Source: Chara braunii
Taxonomy: Eukaryota; Plantae; Charophyceae
Direction of reading: 5' to 3'
Length of the DNA stretch: 64,000 nucleotides
Assembly: GCA_003427395.1 (NCBI GenBank)
Contig: BFEA01000018.1
Location: 874,578-938,577, forward strand
The notes beneath the pieces were generated by a model that saw nothing but the letters and a program-made list of their open reading frames with translations, did not search any database and was not told the DNA's origin. Below are positions 48,870 to 60,150 of the stretch, one piece after another. The stretch's first letter is position 1, and each line of letters begins with the position of its first letter. Both the position numbers and the translations under genes were made by a program.

Positions 48870-50252
48870 CTATCGCATTTGCATGCGCAGAGCATCACTC
48901 AGAGCGAGGGCAGCCTCCGTCGCGTCGACTTGGGAGACTGGCTGGGACAAATCTTGCAAGCCAAGGTCTATGGGGACAGTGTTCCCCTCTCGGTCGCGGT
49001 CAAGCAACAGACGCTCGTCGAACGGGACCCCGGCCTCCAACAACAGATTGTGGATGATACACACTGCAGTGAATTGCTGCGGGAGGTTATTCATATTCGT
49101 CTTGTGATGACGAAGGAATAACCTCCACATCCCCTTAAGCCGCCCGAATGTTCTTTCCACTACCCCTCTCGTTGTCTTCTGCCGCGTGTCGAAAAGAGCG
49201 ATGTCCCCCGTCTGCTCCGACCCTCCGTATGGAACCACAATCCAAGTGCGGGGTGCGTAACCATTGTCCCCCAGCAGGTATCCTGTCGTCCTTACCCCCC
49301 CCGGGAGGATGATGGGGTCCTCCATGAAGATGTCGCCCGCCTCTGCTCGCCTAATTAGTGAAGAATTCCGCAGCACGCGGGCATCGTGGACACATCCTGG
49401 ATAACCGACGAACACGTCGATGACACGCATGTCAAGGTCGACGACAACCTGCGCCACGACTGAAAACTGCTGCTTACGATCGAAGTAGTTTTCGGACGGC
49501 GCGTTTGCAGGCTTGTCAACGTAAATATGGGTGCAGTCGATTGCGCCCAAGCAATTAGGGAAACCTTTGCCGCCGAATGCTCGGACGACCTGTAGGAGAC
49601 GATGGCCGGTAGGAAACGCTATCTTCTCTGGATACGCAGCCAGTATAGCTTTTGTCACATGATCCACAACCTTGATGCCTGATGACCTCCCGATGCCGAA
49701 CGACGAAGTGCTACTCTCGAAAGTCTCTCCTGATGCCCACCGGTACAACGCGTAAGCCACGATATGGTCGGGCTGCAATGGCTCCCGATAGTGAGTCAGT
49801 CTGCGCTGAATGAAAGGACTGCAAGCGGCGGCGATGTCGTTGAACACCGTCCTCGTCATCCGCAGTTTGTCATGGAAGTAGTCCTCGCTCGCATCGTCGG
49901 CGATGGTGAGGTCCCTCCAAGTTCCACCCGTCCTTCTTTTCACCCACCACCTCGGCGTCTCCCTCGGCATGACACCCGCCGCGATTGCATTCGACAACAA
50001 GAACGGCGCATCCCACAGGCTTGGCGAGGAGTGCACGTCCATCAAAGCCTGGGCTATGGCGGCCTCCCGTCTGCCCCTCTGTCTTCCGCTTGCCCGCCGC
50101 ACGTCAGTCACCGTCTGCATGTGACGTGCAACTGCGAGCAACGCCGTCCCTAGTAGCGACCTCTCCCTTGGCGTCAGCCTCCTCGCCCCAGGTGCATCAC
50201 CAATGCCGTCTTCCATAGCGCCCACCAAACTGGAACTTTGCGCGCAGCTCAC
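48870..50252 (-). CDS. PIF/Harbinger DDE transposase (HARBI1-like)
   Basis: 460-aa open frame: LRMTRTVF, ALYRWASG HTH, GAIDCTHI, PGCVHDARV, LGDNGY, VERTFGRLKGMW. Confidence 0.95.
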   Translation of the reverse strand: MSCAQSSSLVGAMEDGIGDAPGARRLTPRERSLLGTALLAVARHMQTVTDVRRASGRQRGRREAAIAQALMDVHSSPSLWDAPFLLSNAIAAGVMPRETPRWWVKRRTGGTWRDLTIADDASEDYFHDKLRMTRTVFNDIAAACSPFIQRRLTHYREPLQPDHIVAYALYRWASGETFESSTSSFGIGRSSGIKVVDHVTKAILAAYPEKIAFPTGHRLLQVVRAFGGKGFPNCLGAIDCTHIYVDKPANAPSENYFDRKQQFSVVAQVVVDLDMRVIDVFVGYPGCVHDARVLRNSSLIRRAEAGDIFMEDPIILPGGVRTTGYLLGDNGYAPRTWIVVPYGGSEQTGDIALFDTRQKTTRGVVERTFGRLKGMWRLFLRHHKTNMNNLPQQFTAVCIIHNLLLEAGVPFDERLLLDRDREGNTVPIDLGLQDLSQPVSQVDATEAALALSDALRMQMR

Positions 50253-50715
50253 GCGCCGGCTCGCCGGCTATGGCGATCTTCTTCCTAACGCGTCAGCAAC
50301 CACGGATATTTCCTGCACTCGGCGTCGGCGTGCGCAGGCAGCGGAATTCAAATTCAAAATTTTGCCACCGCGCGCACTTTCTTATCGCGGGACGCCGCCG
50401 TCGTGCCCCCGGTAGGCTGGGCGCGGGCCCGGAAATTGGATGTCCCACGGGCCCGCAGCGGGTGGACAACTTCTTGTCCGTCGTACTGCCTTCGCGGACA
50501 TCCGTGCCCGACAACCAGACCTTCTGACACCGGCCACCCCTCACCTGAGATGCAAGGGCGGGTAAGTGGGGTAAGTGTAGGGCGCTGTGGAACGAAAATC
50601 GTTGTTAGGGTAGTTTAATCACCTTTCGCCGGTAAGGGTGCCCTTACAATGTAAGGATTGTTAAGTGGTATGGAACTGTGCCCTGATCCTCACATTTCAT
50701 TCCGTCCTTTCTTTC

Positions 50716-50766
<51 letters not shown>

Positions 50767-51365
50767 NNNNNNNNNNNNNNNNNNNNNNNNNNNNNNNNNN
50801 NNNNNNNNNNNNNNNNNNNNNNNNNNNNNNNNNNNNNNNNNNNNNNNNNNNNNNNNNNNNNNNNNNNNNNNTGAAAGGGCGACGGCCTTGAGATATTACC
50901 ATTGAGCGGACCCGCCCCAGGCAATTCATTAGTAGTTGGTTTTACAACTCCTACTCATCAAATTCCATCATCTGGATTCGAACACAGGTCTGTATTTCAA
51001 CAGTTCATGGGTGTGGTCCCCACTGATCTAAGCTCTTGGGTCTCTTCTTCTTCTTCTTCTTCTTTTTTTTTTTTTTTTTTTTTTTGGTTGAATTGAATTG
51101 AATTGAATCTCAGGTCTCTACTGAATTTTTGGACAGGTGTTGCCAGTGCCAAAATGTGCCCCAATTTCTAATTTTGGCCCCCATGCAACTGCGTTGCGCC
51201 GCACACAACCCAACCTTCCCCTTTTTTTTTTTCTTTTTTTTTTCCCTCTGTTCAAAAGTCGAAAGAGGCTGTGCACAGTACTGTACTGTAGGTAGGCTTA
51301 GCTTGTGTGTACCTTGGGAGTGCTTTGTCAGCTTAGGTTGATCTCTGTGGGTTTTGATTCTGTGG

Positions 51366-51400
<35 letters not shown>

Positions 51401-51764
51401 GCTGTGGTATTTTGTTGGCACACTATAGAGTAACTCTTTCCTGCTGGTAGTGATAAAAAATCGTAAAAATGTTTTTCTTGGGCATTTTTGGGCATTTCTT
51501 GCTGTTGTGGTAGGTTAGCTGAGATAGGGCATTTGTCATTGCAGTGGCTGACCCCTTCGAATCAGGCCGGTGATGCCTGGATCCCAGGAGGAACTGCGTA
51601 AGCATTGTGAGGGACGCCGGACCCCTTTCCTGGCTTGTATATATAAAAAAGACGGAGTGTGAAAGAAAAGAAAAGAAAAGAAAAAGTCGAACGTGGACCG
51701 CACGTATCAATTGTTTGATTTTTTTTATCTGCATTTTCAGGACGAGGATATGTATATAATATAT

Positions 51765-51972
51765 ATGAGTCGGTCAAACTCCGGCGAAACAGTTTGTCAC
51801 CCTCTCTGCCTATGGTTCACCACGCAGCTCTGTTTGACTATGTATATATATCTATAAACATATATTGTAAAACAGAACTGGCTGGTAAACTGTAGGCAGA
51901 GACTGAGAAGAGGAGAACAAACGAGGGGCTGCAACAAACTGTTTTGTCGGAGTTTCACCAACTCATCAGGAG
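51765..51972. repeat. Imperfect inverted repeat with a degenerate hammerhead motif in each arm (Penelope-like remnant)
   Basis: Plus arm ATGA-GTCGG(tcaaact)CCGGC-GAAAC-AGTTT-GTC; minus arm CTGATGA-GTTGG(tgaaact)CCGAC-AAAAC-AGTTT-GTT; the arms also pair through TCTCTGCCTA / TAGGCAGAGA. Confidence 0.6.
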
Positions 51973-52399
51973 GCTGAACCCTATGTTTTTTTCGGAGGGC
52001 AAGTACGTTGAAGTCACAGGTGCTGTTTGCAATGAGCAAAGACATCACTCCGTAGGCAGGTGTGTCGCGGCTGAGTTTGAACAGGCAAAAAAAAACAAAG
52101 GCCTCAGCAAAAGAAACACGTGGACATATCGCCCTCCCTCCCGGAGGGCACAGTCGCACACGTTCTCCAGATTCTGTTCTTCTGTATCCAGCTGCTTTCA
52201 CGACCATAGCAGTGTTGCTCTTGCTTTTCTTTTTTTCGTCATTGCTTTTTTTTTCCCACTGCCGTGATGACCGTGGGCGGCGTGGGGCAATGACGCCGTC
52301 AAGGAGGGTGCACTCTCACACCGTTTCCAGATTCTGTGTCCACCTGCTTTCACGACCATAGCTCGTCCTTTTTTTTTCCCTTTTTTTTCTTTTTTCATG

Positions 52400-52815
52400 C
52401 GAGGCCTAGACATCTGGGCTGTGGCCTGGACATCTCAACCGTGGCCCAGCCACAGGCGTGGTCTAGACATCTTCGGCCGTGGCCCAGCCACAGGCGTGGC
52501 TGGCCTAGACATCTTGGCCGTGGCCCGGCCACAAAATGAAAAACAAAAACAAAAAAAAAGCCCCCCCCCCAAAGAAAAAAACAACAAAAAAAAAGCAAGC
52601 CCCCTGCCCCCCAGCCACAGGCGTGGGTGGCCTAGACATTATCTCGGCCGTGGCCCAGCCACAGGCATGGCCTGGACATCTTGGCCATGGCCTAGCCACG
52701 GGCATGGCCAAGACGTGCCGACCATGGCCCAGCCACGGGCGTGGACTAGACAACTTGGCCGCGGCCCAGCCACAATTGTGGCCTAGACATCTCGGCCGTG
52801 GCCCGGCCACGAAAT
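52400..52815. repeat. GC-rich minisatellite with a ~37-41 bp unit
   Basis: Repeated GGCCTAGACATCTTGGCCGTGGCCCAGCCACAGGCGT-like units. Confidence 0.85.
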
Positions 52816-53097
52816 GAAAAACGAAAACAAAAAAAAGAAGNNNNNNNNNNNNNNNNNNNNNNNNNNNNNNNNNNNNNNNNNNNNNNNNNNNNNNNNNNNN
52901 NNNNNNNNNNNNNNNNNNNNNNNNNNNNNNNNNNNNNNNNNNNNNNNNNNNNNNNNNNNNNNNNNNNNNNNNNNNNNNNNAGCCGAAAACAGAAGAACAG
53001 AACGTGTTGGGTGCTGGGTTTGAAATGCTTATCTGGCGGTCCTCAATTAGACTGAAGAGGTGCCCAGGTCTTAATTTCCTGGTTTTGAGAACATCAT

Positions 53098-53283
53098 GCG
53101 GGACGTTGGGCCCGGTTCGCAGCATGTGCTATTTTATCATTGTTCAGGGGACGCTGGACACGGTTTCCAGCAGGTGCATCTCCCCGCCAATAGAATGGAG
53201 TCCCCTGCATGACAGGTAGGAGTGCATGCTCTTATCATCACTCCTATCTGTTGTCGCAGATGTTAAGAAAAAAGAAAAAAAAA
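53098..53283 (+). mobile_element. Retroposed tail with two tandem pseudoknot motifs, two hairpins and an A tail
   Basis: Motifs at 53100 and 53148; TAGGAGTG...CACTCCTA hairpin; same arrangement as 56166-56370 (minus). Confidence 0.75.
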
Positions 53284-53549
53284 GAACGTGTGAGGAGAAG
53301 ATGGGACTATGTGTGGAAAAAACTTACGAGTGAAAGAAAATGTGATAGTCTCTTTTAAAGGAGACCTCATCCGCTTCCTCTCCTGGTCAAACCACCTTTC
53401 TCAGTCTCTCCTCTGAACTTTCCCCCAGCCAGTCTAGCCTGAATTTCTGTAATTTCATTTTATATCCCTCTTTTGTTGTAATTTTTGTAAATCCTGTTTC
53501 AATTTACTCCATTGGGCGCGGATTTCTGTTTGAATGAATTGTTGAATAA

Positions 53550-53764
53550 ACCACTAGTACCTTTCCCGCGTGGGAAAGTAGGGAAAACTGGCTGTTTGCC
53601 CAAACTCCTGAATCTTCGGAGGTCGGGCCCGACGACGACCGCCATTGATAAATCTGATCGGTGGCCGTCGTTTCGTTTCGGCCTCCGAAACGGTCGGAGG
53701 CCCACCGGAGGCCCGCTATTTTCCAAGCGGCAAAGGTACTAGTGCGGCAAAGGTACTAGTGGGT
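53550..53764. mobile_element. MITE related to the ACCAC(C/T)AGTAC family; right TIR duplicated
   Basis: ACCACTAGTACCTTT ... (GCGGCAAAGGTACTAGT)x2. Confidence 0.65.
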
Positions 53765-54090
53765 CTTACTTTTCCGTAACATGTACACAATGGGTGACAA
53801 CGCCGGTACCATAATGTCTACAATATCGCCTTTCTTCCTATATTAAACAGATTTTGCTGAAAATTTGATAAATTGATTGCAACCGGGTTCCAGTATCCCA
53901 GCAGGATCGCCTGCCAATTCCAGGGCCAATCCAAACTCATAAGTTTGTTCCACACATAGTTTGCTCCTTGACATTGTAGAAAAATATGTTCAATGGTTTC
54001 TCAGATTTTTGTACTTGGAAATACTTCTAGACAGGCTTTACACCAAGGGAGAGCTAACCCTCTTTGTTCTAAGGATGAATGGTCTATTAA

Positions 54091-54268
54091 AGCACCAGTA
54101 CATGGGCACCTGGGCTGCGGGCCTGACACCTCAAATTCTGGAGGCGCGAAACGAAACCACGACCGCCGATCTACTTTATCAACGGCGGGCGCGACGTTTG
54201 ACGTTTCGGCCTCGTTTTCTTGTGGAGACAAGTTTTGGACTGCAAGGCTGGGGCCGTGTACTGGTGGT
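54091..54268. mobile_element. MITE, TTAA family, inserted in a LINE ORF
   Basis: TTAA|AGCACCAGTAC ... GTACTGGTGGT|TCAA; removing the element plus one TTAA restores NDWLID. Confidence 0.82.
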
Positions 54269-54747
54269 TCAACCAATCATTTGTTGGTACACATCTATGA
54301 ACTATTTGCCATTGTAGAGGCGCAAATTTTGCTGGTCTTTCCTTGAACCCCTTACGCATCGAGATATGACTGAGTGACTCTAGATAAATGTTCAGCTGCC
54401 TGGCCCATCGTTCTTTGATAATTGCAGATACATCCACCCTTGGTCTCAACAATCGGTAAGATGCTTTCACCGACAATGATTGCAACTTATGGGGCTTGCT
54501 CCTTCTGGACGATCTCCACACCAAATCCGGTGGATCCAGAGGGAGCTCAGGAATAGGAATGTCCGGATAAAAAGCTCTCCAACCTTTTCTGGAGGAACAA
54601 TACACCACCATTATTCTATGTAAAGAGTTGGAAGGGAAAAAAAACACCCTACCTTGTTGTGATTGTGATAATGTACGATTTTTGTGAATTTTGAACAAGT
54701 TCACTAAAGCCCCATCCATACGCTTGTCAATTACTTGTCCCACCATC

Positions 54748-55250
54748 TTTTTTTTTTTTTTTTTTGAGAATGGCCCATACGATATCCCTCGATCCTGGCG
54801 GTGGTAAGAGAACCGTCAGAATTGAGGGCTTACCTGTCGGGCTGCTCCATCTATTGGTGGGGAGCGGCACCTGCTGGAAACCGGGTCCAGCGTCCCATTG
54901 GTACATCGTGTAGCACTGAGATTGGTGTTTGTTGTTCCCTGGGGCTATGGTTGTTACTGACTCATCCTGGGGCTCCATCATCCCATGGAGCTGCTAGTAT
55001 CACCCTCCCCTTTTTAGGAGCACCCTTTATCTATTAACCCAGCCCTTATTTCAGCAGCCCCCCTGTTTGATTATTACTATGCCTGTACCCTTTAAACTCT
55101 TTATATCCTATTCCCCTTGACAAATTGGCTGAACATTCATATATCTGGGACCACATCATACCCCCCCGAATCAACCTAAGACCCTGCTGAAAAAGCATCT
55201 GCTTCCACGTATGAGCATGGCCCATCAGAGCTTGCTGCTATCCGGCGTTC
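54748..55250 (-). mobile_element. Retroposed LINE tail inserted in the decayed LINE; upstream boundary approximate
   Basis: T-tract 54748-54765; cassette 54844-54896 nearly identical to 3295-3348. Confidence 0.75.
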
Positions 55251-56165
55251 CAACCAGTTCTGTTTGGGTGTCTTCAGCTCTCGTATGTGTCCCTGCAGTT
55301 CTCACCATCTTACTTCCATCTGGTCCAACTCCACAAACCCAATCTGCTTCCGAAAAAAACTGCCCTTTTCTCAAAATGACGCCAGATCAGGGGAAGGGAA
55401 GAAAGTATATGATCTAGAGTCTCCTGTAGGTTATGAGCATATTTAATTTCTTGTCTTAATTTTTGTACTGTTTTCCAATTTCTTGTCACTGGGTCCCATA
55501 AATCCTTGATTCTCATAATGCTATGCTTAACCCATGTGAACCAGGGGGAAACTGAACTCATATAAACTGTTCCATTTGTATCCGTTATCCAAGGATTTCC
55601 AAATATAAGTTGGCAAAGATAGGAGCCCCATGTGAATCTAGAGAGACTAAGAAAAATTAGACTCCATACAAAATTGATAAAAATATTATTTAAAGAAGGG
55701 ACTATAAATTGATAAGTTTTTAAAGCATCATATTGAATACGATTTCTTAAATTTCTAGTAAGTTGCACGAAAAAAAAATTACTTATTATCAATCCAATAC
55801 TCATACCTCAAGGGGGGAGCTTTATTAGGCAAAGGTAACTTACTCCAAGATTTCATCAGAATTATCCAGAAATTGTCCAGCAATAGATCTCTTCTCATTT
55901 CCCCCCTTTAACCTTTCATACAGGAGTCTACCTGGGCTCGAGGAATCCCCCAATAACGATCCTCTACCCATGTGAGGGGATGAATGTTCTTACTAGATTC
56001 AACCTACATATCTGTTCCAATGCTAAAGCATGCCACGGGAGTTCAGTCTTAAATATCAATCTCTTTAACCACTGAAGTATTAATGCCTGATATTGAAGCA
56101 TGGGGTCTAAAATTCACAATCCTCCCCTTGCCTTTGGTTGGATATTGGTAAGCCAGGCTACTCCC

Positions 56166-57420
56166 TTTTTTTTTTTTTTTTTTTTAATTTAAACACCCGC
56201 AACAACAGATAGGAGTGGTGATAAAAACACACACTCCTACCTATCTTGCAGGGGGCTCCAATCTATTGGTGGGGAGCGACACCTGCTGGAAAGCGGGTCC
56301 AGCGTCACCTGAGATACACTGTTAAGATGGTAGATCAACACATGCTGGGAACCGGGCCCAGTGTCCCTCAAGATGATGATGGTGATGATGCTCCAGCTGC
56401 TGATGATGATGATGGTGAAGATGGTGGTGATAATGATGAATTCACTGAACCACCTAAGCAAACATGACCTCTTAATCCCTAAGCAACTCCTAGCCTTCCC
56501 TATACCCTATAGTGCCTACGCATCCCTTCAAAGATAATGTCATCTTATCCAATACCAGCCTTCGCTGTCGTGTTTTCACTACCAAGACAATACCCACCCC
56601 GTTAGGACGTCATGGCAGTCCTCTCCAGTTTTCCACTGGATCGCCTTCCTTCCTCGACGAATCCCCAGACCTCTCTACCAGGCCTCCAGCTCCTGCTACA
56701 GCAGGTCACAGGGCAACGCCCCCGCACCGGCCAGGTCGTTCTGGCATCGGAAAACCAAGAGCACAAAACACCCCAACTTCGCTTGACGTCGGCCAGGCTT
56801 CTACCACCTCTGGAATCCTGTACCTGATATAAGAAGAACTAAAATGTCACCTAGGAAATTAAAAAGGTAGATAAGCTTTCATAGTAGATCAGTACATAAG
56901 AAACTAGGGAAAACTATGGAATTCTAAAGCACCTGTTCTTGTGAAAAAAATACATATAAAAGGCTATACTATAACAACAATGCCCGGCCTCACAATCCGT
57001 GAGCAAATCTAGTCATCCCTTATACCAAACACACAACCCCAGAGACAATACTTTCCTAACCAATGTCAGCCATAGCTGATGTGATCTTGCCACCAAGACT
57101 ATACCCGGCCCTTTAGGTTGTCAAGGCAGCCCACCCCAGTTCGCCACTGGATTGCCTTCCTCCCTCGACTAATCCCTAGATCTCTCTACCAGGCCTCACG
57201 CTCCTGCTACAAACAGATCACAGGGCTAACACCCAGCACCGGCCAGCGTCGTTCTAGCGTCGGCAAACCAAGAGCCCGAAACACATTAGCTTTGCAGACA
57301 TCATTCAGGATTCTACCATCTCTAAAATTATGTATTTTATATAGAGGGAAAATCAGATATCGCCTAGGATTACAAAAAACAGGTAAGCTAGATATAACAT
57401 AATTAGTGGTTGCACCTAAG
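56166..57420 (-). mobile_element. Retroposed tail with a long upstream region holding a diverged ~530-bp duplication
   Basis: T-tract at 56166; two pseudoknot motifs (56285, 56344); CACCAAGAC...CCACTGGAT...AAACCAAGAGC blocks at ~56580 and ~57090. Confidence 0.6.
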
Positions 57421-58344
57421 ATTAGTCTCCCCCCTCCCCTCCTTTCCACCCTGTCCCAACGCTGCCTCCGCCGAAACGGATTACCCAGATTGCAGGCAAC
57501 CCATCACAGCCCCAACTTGGGACAGTCCCACCTTCCCCCCCCTTATCCCACAAAGGCCTACAGTTCCCTCCCGAAGTATGCCTCTGCTCACCTTTTACCC
57601 TAATCTGCCCCCCCGCTGGTGTGAGTACCCCCACCCCCACCCCAGAGTAAGGCAACCCACTAATTCTTCTCGCACCCCCTCCAGGGCTTCACCTTCCACC
57701 TTGTATCGCCCCTGCAGAGTGAAGCTCTCCCATGTTCACCCCACCTTCCATCCATCAGAAATAAACGTCGATACTCAGAGAGGAGAATATAGATACCAAG
57801 AACCCAAATGGCATTTCGAACCAAAGGAAAATACGCCGGAGAAATTTCAAGTAATTTTCGAAGACGAGGTTTCTGCAATGGAATTGGATAAGAGTCAGCT
57901 CATGGAAGCAAATGCAGCGAAGATAAAACATGGAAAGTGATACAGATTGTAGATTCAGAGATTCAAAATTTAGGAATTTAGGTATTAAAAAATACCAATC
58001 CGCTTAGTTCTAGGAGTTGAGAGTTACGATGATTCTGAAATAATCAGGAATATTAATATATTGGAAATTTATTAGGGATATTAATAAAGTTGATAACTAT
58101 GATTATGATTGAGTTGGTAATTAGTATGGTGATTAGATACTTGGATGATTGGGTGGTCAATAGTTAATTAATTAATAACGAAGTATACTAAGTCTTCCGA
58201 TTTTTAGGAAATAAGGAACTAAACGAAGAGGATAGCTCAAATAGGAAAAATTTGATGAGAACAGTANNNNNNNNNNNNNNNNNNNNNNNNNNNNNNNNNN
58301 CGGGAAGCAGTGGCTAGGCAGAGTGGATTGATGCGAGTCGGGAG

Positions 58345-58382
58345 CTGTCTCTTATACACATCTAGATGTGTATAAGAGACAG
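58345..58382. other. Nextera mate-pair junction adapter (inverted Tn5 mosaic ends); assembly artefact
   Basis: CTGTCTCTTATACACATCT+AGATGTGTATAAGAGACAG, exact, ~45 bp from a gap. Confidence 0.97.
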
Positions 58383-58786
58383 CCTCTATCCCCTATTCTC
58401 TCTACATCCCTGGACCCCCAGCTTTTCGCCCACTACTTCTCCCCTTTGTCTCTCTCCGTTAACATCCTCCATACCCCACCCCTTCCCCCACCCTTCCCCC
58501 CACCACTTCATTCATCATTGTCCCGCTATCCCTTCTTCCTTCCAGGAAGCGGAGCGCAGAAATCCAAAGAACAAAGCAACAAGAAAGAGAGAGCAGAGAA
58601 AAGAGACAGCGAGTGAGGAAAGAGGGAAGAGAGAGAAGATTAGTGAGATGAAGGTGGAAGGTATGGAGGAGGAGAGTATAGTAAAGAGGAGAGTCGTAAG
58701 GGAAGAAGGAGGAGGGAAGGGCACGAAGATGAAGACGGATGAAAAAACGACGAAAATTACCCACGACCGCCGAATATCATGTTGAC

Positions 58787-58799
58787 AATGATGATGTCA

Positions 58800-58830
<31 letters not shown>

Positions 58831-58880
58831 TGATGATGATGTTGATGTTGATGTTGATGTTGATGATGATGTTGATGATG
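58787..58880. repeat. (GAT/GTT)n trinucleotide microsatellite
   Basis: Seen directly. Confidence 0.9.
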
Positions 58881-59994
58881 TTGGTGAGGAGACCTGCCGC
58901 TGTTGTGGTTGATGCCGCTCATGCACTCCAAACAAGTCATTCTCCTCCACCAACCCAACGCCGTCCCGCTTACCACATCCTGTCAGCCAGATGGATGGAT
59001 CTGGCCAACAGTCTCGCCCTGATTCCGCAAGCCTTCTGCGGCAATCGGGCGCAAGACAGCGCTTCCATTCTAAACCGTCTGTGCCTCCCAACGCAAACTC
59101 GCGGCAACATCGCTCTCGCTAGCCCGCCCGCAATGCAGCGCCAAGCAAGCAACGCCAAACATCTTGTTGAAGAATTCCTTCCACCTTATTTTGAAGTGCC
59201 GCCCACGCTCGCCAGCCAGTCAGCCATCGCTCACACAGACGACTGACATCAGCGCTCGCCAACCAGTCTCCTGATGCCAGCGTCAGCCATCGAGCGCTCA
59301 CGCTCGCCCACCAACGCTTGCACCCTAGCTAGCCAGCGCTCGCCAACCAGCCAGCCCGCACAAGCAACCAGCACTGGCGCAGGCAACCAGCGCAAACACA
59401 GCCGCCAGCGCTTCGGAGCAGCCAGCACCTCCGCCATGGCGCTATATGCTGACCACCCAATCTAACGTCATGTTGGGTAGAATCTCATGTTGGGTAGAAT
59501 CTCGGAATTGGGCTTGTAGAAGATTGCATGAGCCTGGCCTGGGAGTTGCATGAGGAGATTCATTGTTCCCTCTTCACAAGAAGGTCAGTAGGGTTTTCTT
59601 TAACTCCTTGTAAGGAATTTTGTCCAATGCCCATATCGCAGACTTATACCAAATGGAGGCCAATACTACATTGTTAATGAGAAGCCCCTTTCCAAACAAG
59701 GATGTGTGCTACTTTTTCCAATTTTCCATTTTTTTAAGCGCTGGTGTCGTAATTCAAACATCATTTGTATTTGGTTTTCCTTATGCAGCTAAAATCACCC
59801 CCAACACGCTAATTGCTGCTTGTAAAGACATCCACTTGACCCTTGGTTCTTCTGGCGGTCCAACTCTATTGTCACCCAAGACTAGACTTCAAAGCCTACT
59901 TTATTACCTTTAATTTTTTTTTGTGCTTCATATCAACCTGAGGACGAAGCTATGACTTTGTTCATGGGATATCTGCTCTTGTTTTTTTTTTGCT

Positions 59995-60150
59995 ATTGGT
60001 GCGTCAAGGGCCCCCATTAGCTCCTTTTCTTTTTGTCATTATCGTGGAAGACCTAGGAGCAAATCTAAGAGCCAATCTTGATATAACTCGCCTTAAATTA
60101 TCAGGTATCCTTGAGGAGGCTATACCCATTTACTTTATGTTTGATAATGA
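59995..60150 (+). pseudogene. LINE B-family reverse transcriptase fragment
   Basis: VRQGPPLAPFLFVIIVEDLGANLR...AIPIYFMFDND versus LINE B VRQGDPIAPYLFVIIMEALAANLR...AIPVCSMFADD; ends at a solo mariner-type TIR (TATTCGGGTGAAGATGGTA, ~60161-60179). Confidence 0.85.

Larger units (their letters stand above)
44133..50683. mobile_element. PIF/Harbinger DNA transposon with autonomous architecture
   Basis: 21-bp TIRs GGGCCTCGTTCCATACCACTT / AAGTGGTATGGAACTGTGCCC; flanks TAA / TGA; convergent Myb/SANT and DDE ORFs. Confidence 0.93.
53340..56165 (-). mobile_element. Heavily decayed LINE B-family ORF2 C-terminal half with nested insertions
   Basis: IFGNPWITDTNG...RIKDLWD, SVKASYRLLRPR, QWQIVHRCVPTNDWL|IDHSSLEQRGLALPWCKAC align with the LINE B ORF at 27459-28967. 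Confidence 0.85.

Noticed and set aside
52400-52815. CRISPR-like array
   Set aside because: Contiguous degenerate units with no unique spacers, no cas genes, and a eukaryotic context
53552-53761. CACTA element (CACTAG...CTAGTG ends)
   Set aside because: No 3-bp TSD; the termini fit the ACCACYAGTAC family better
58345-58382. Tn5/IS50 transposon ends or horizontal transfer
   Set aside because: It is the engineered mosaic end in the exact Nextera junction arrangement, with no transposase
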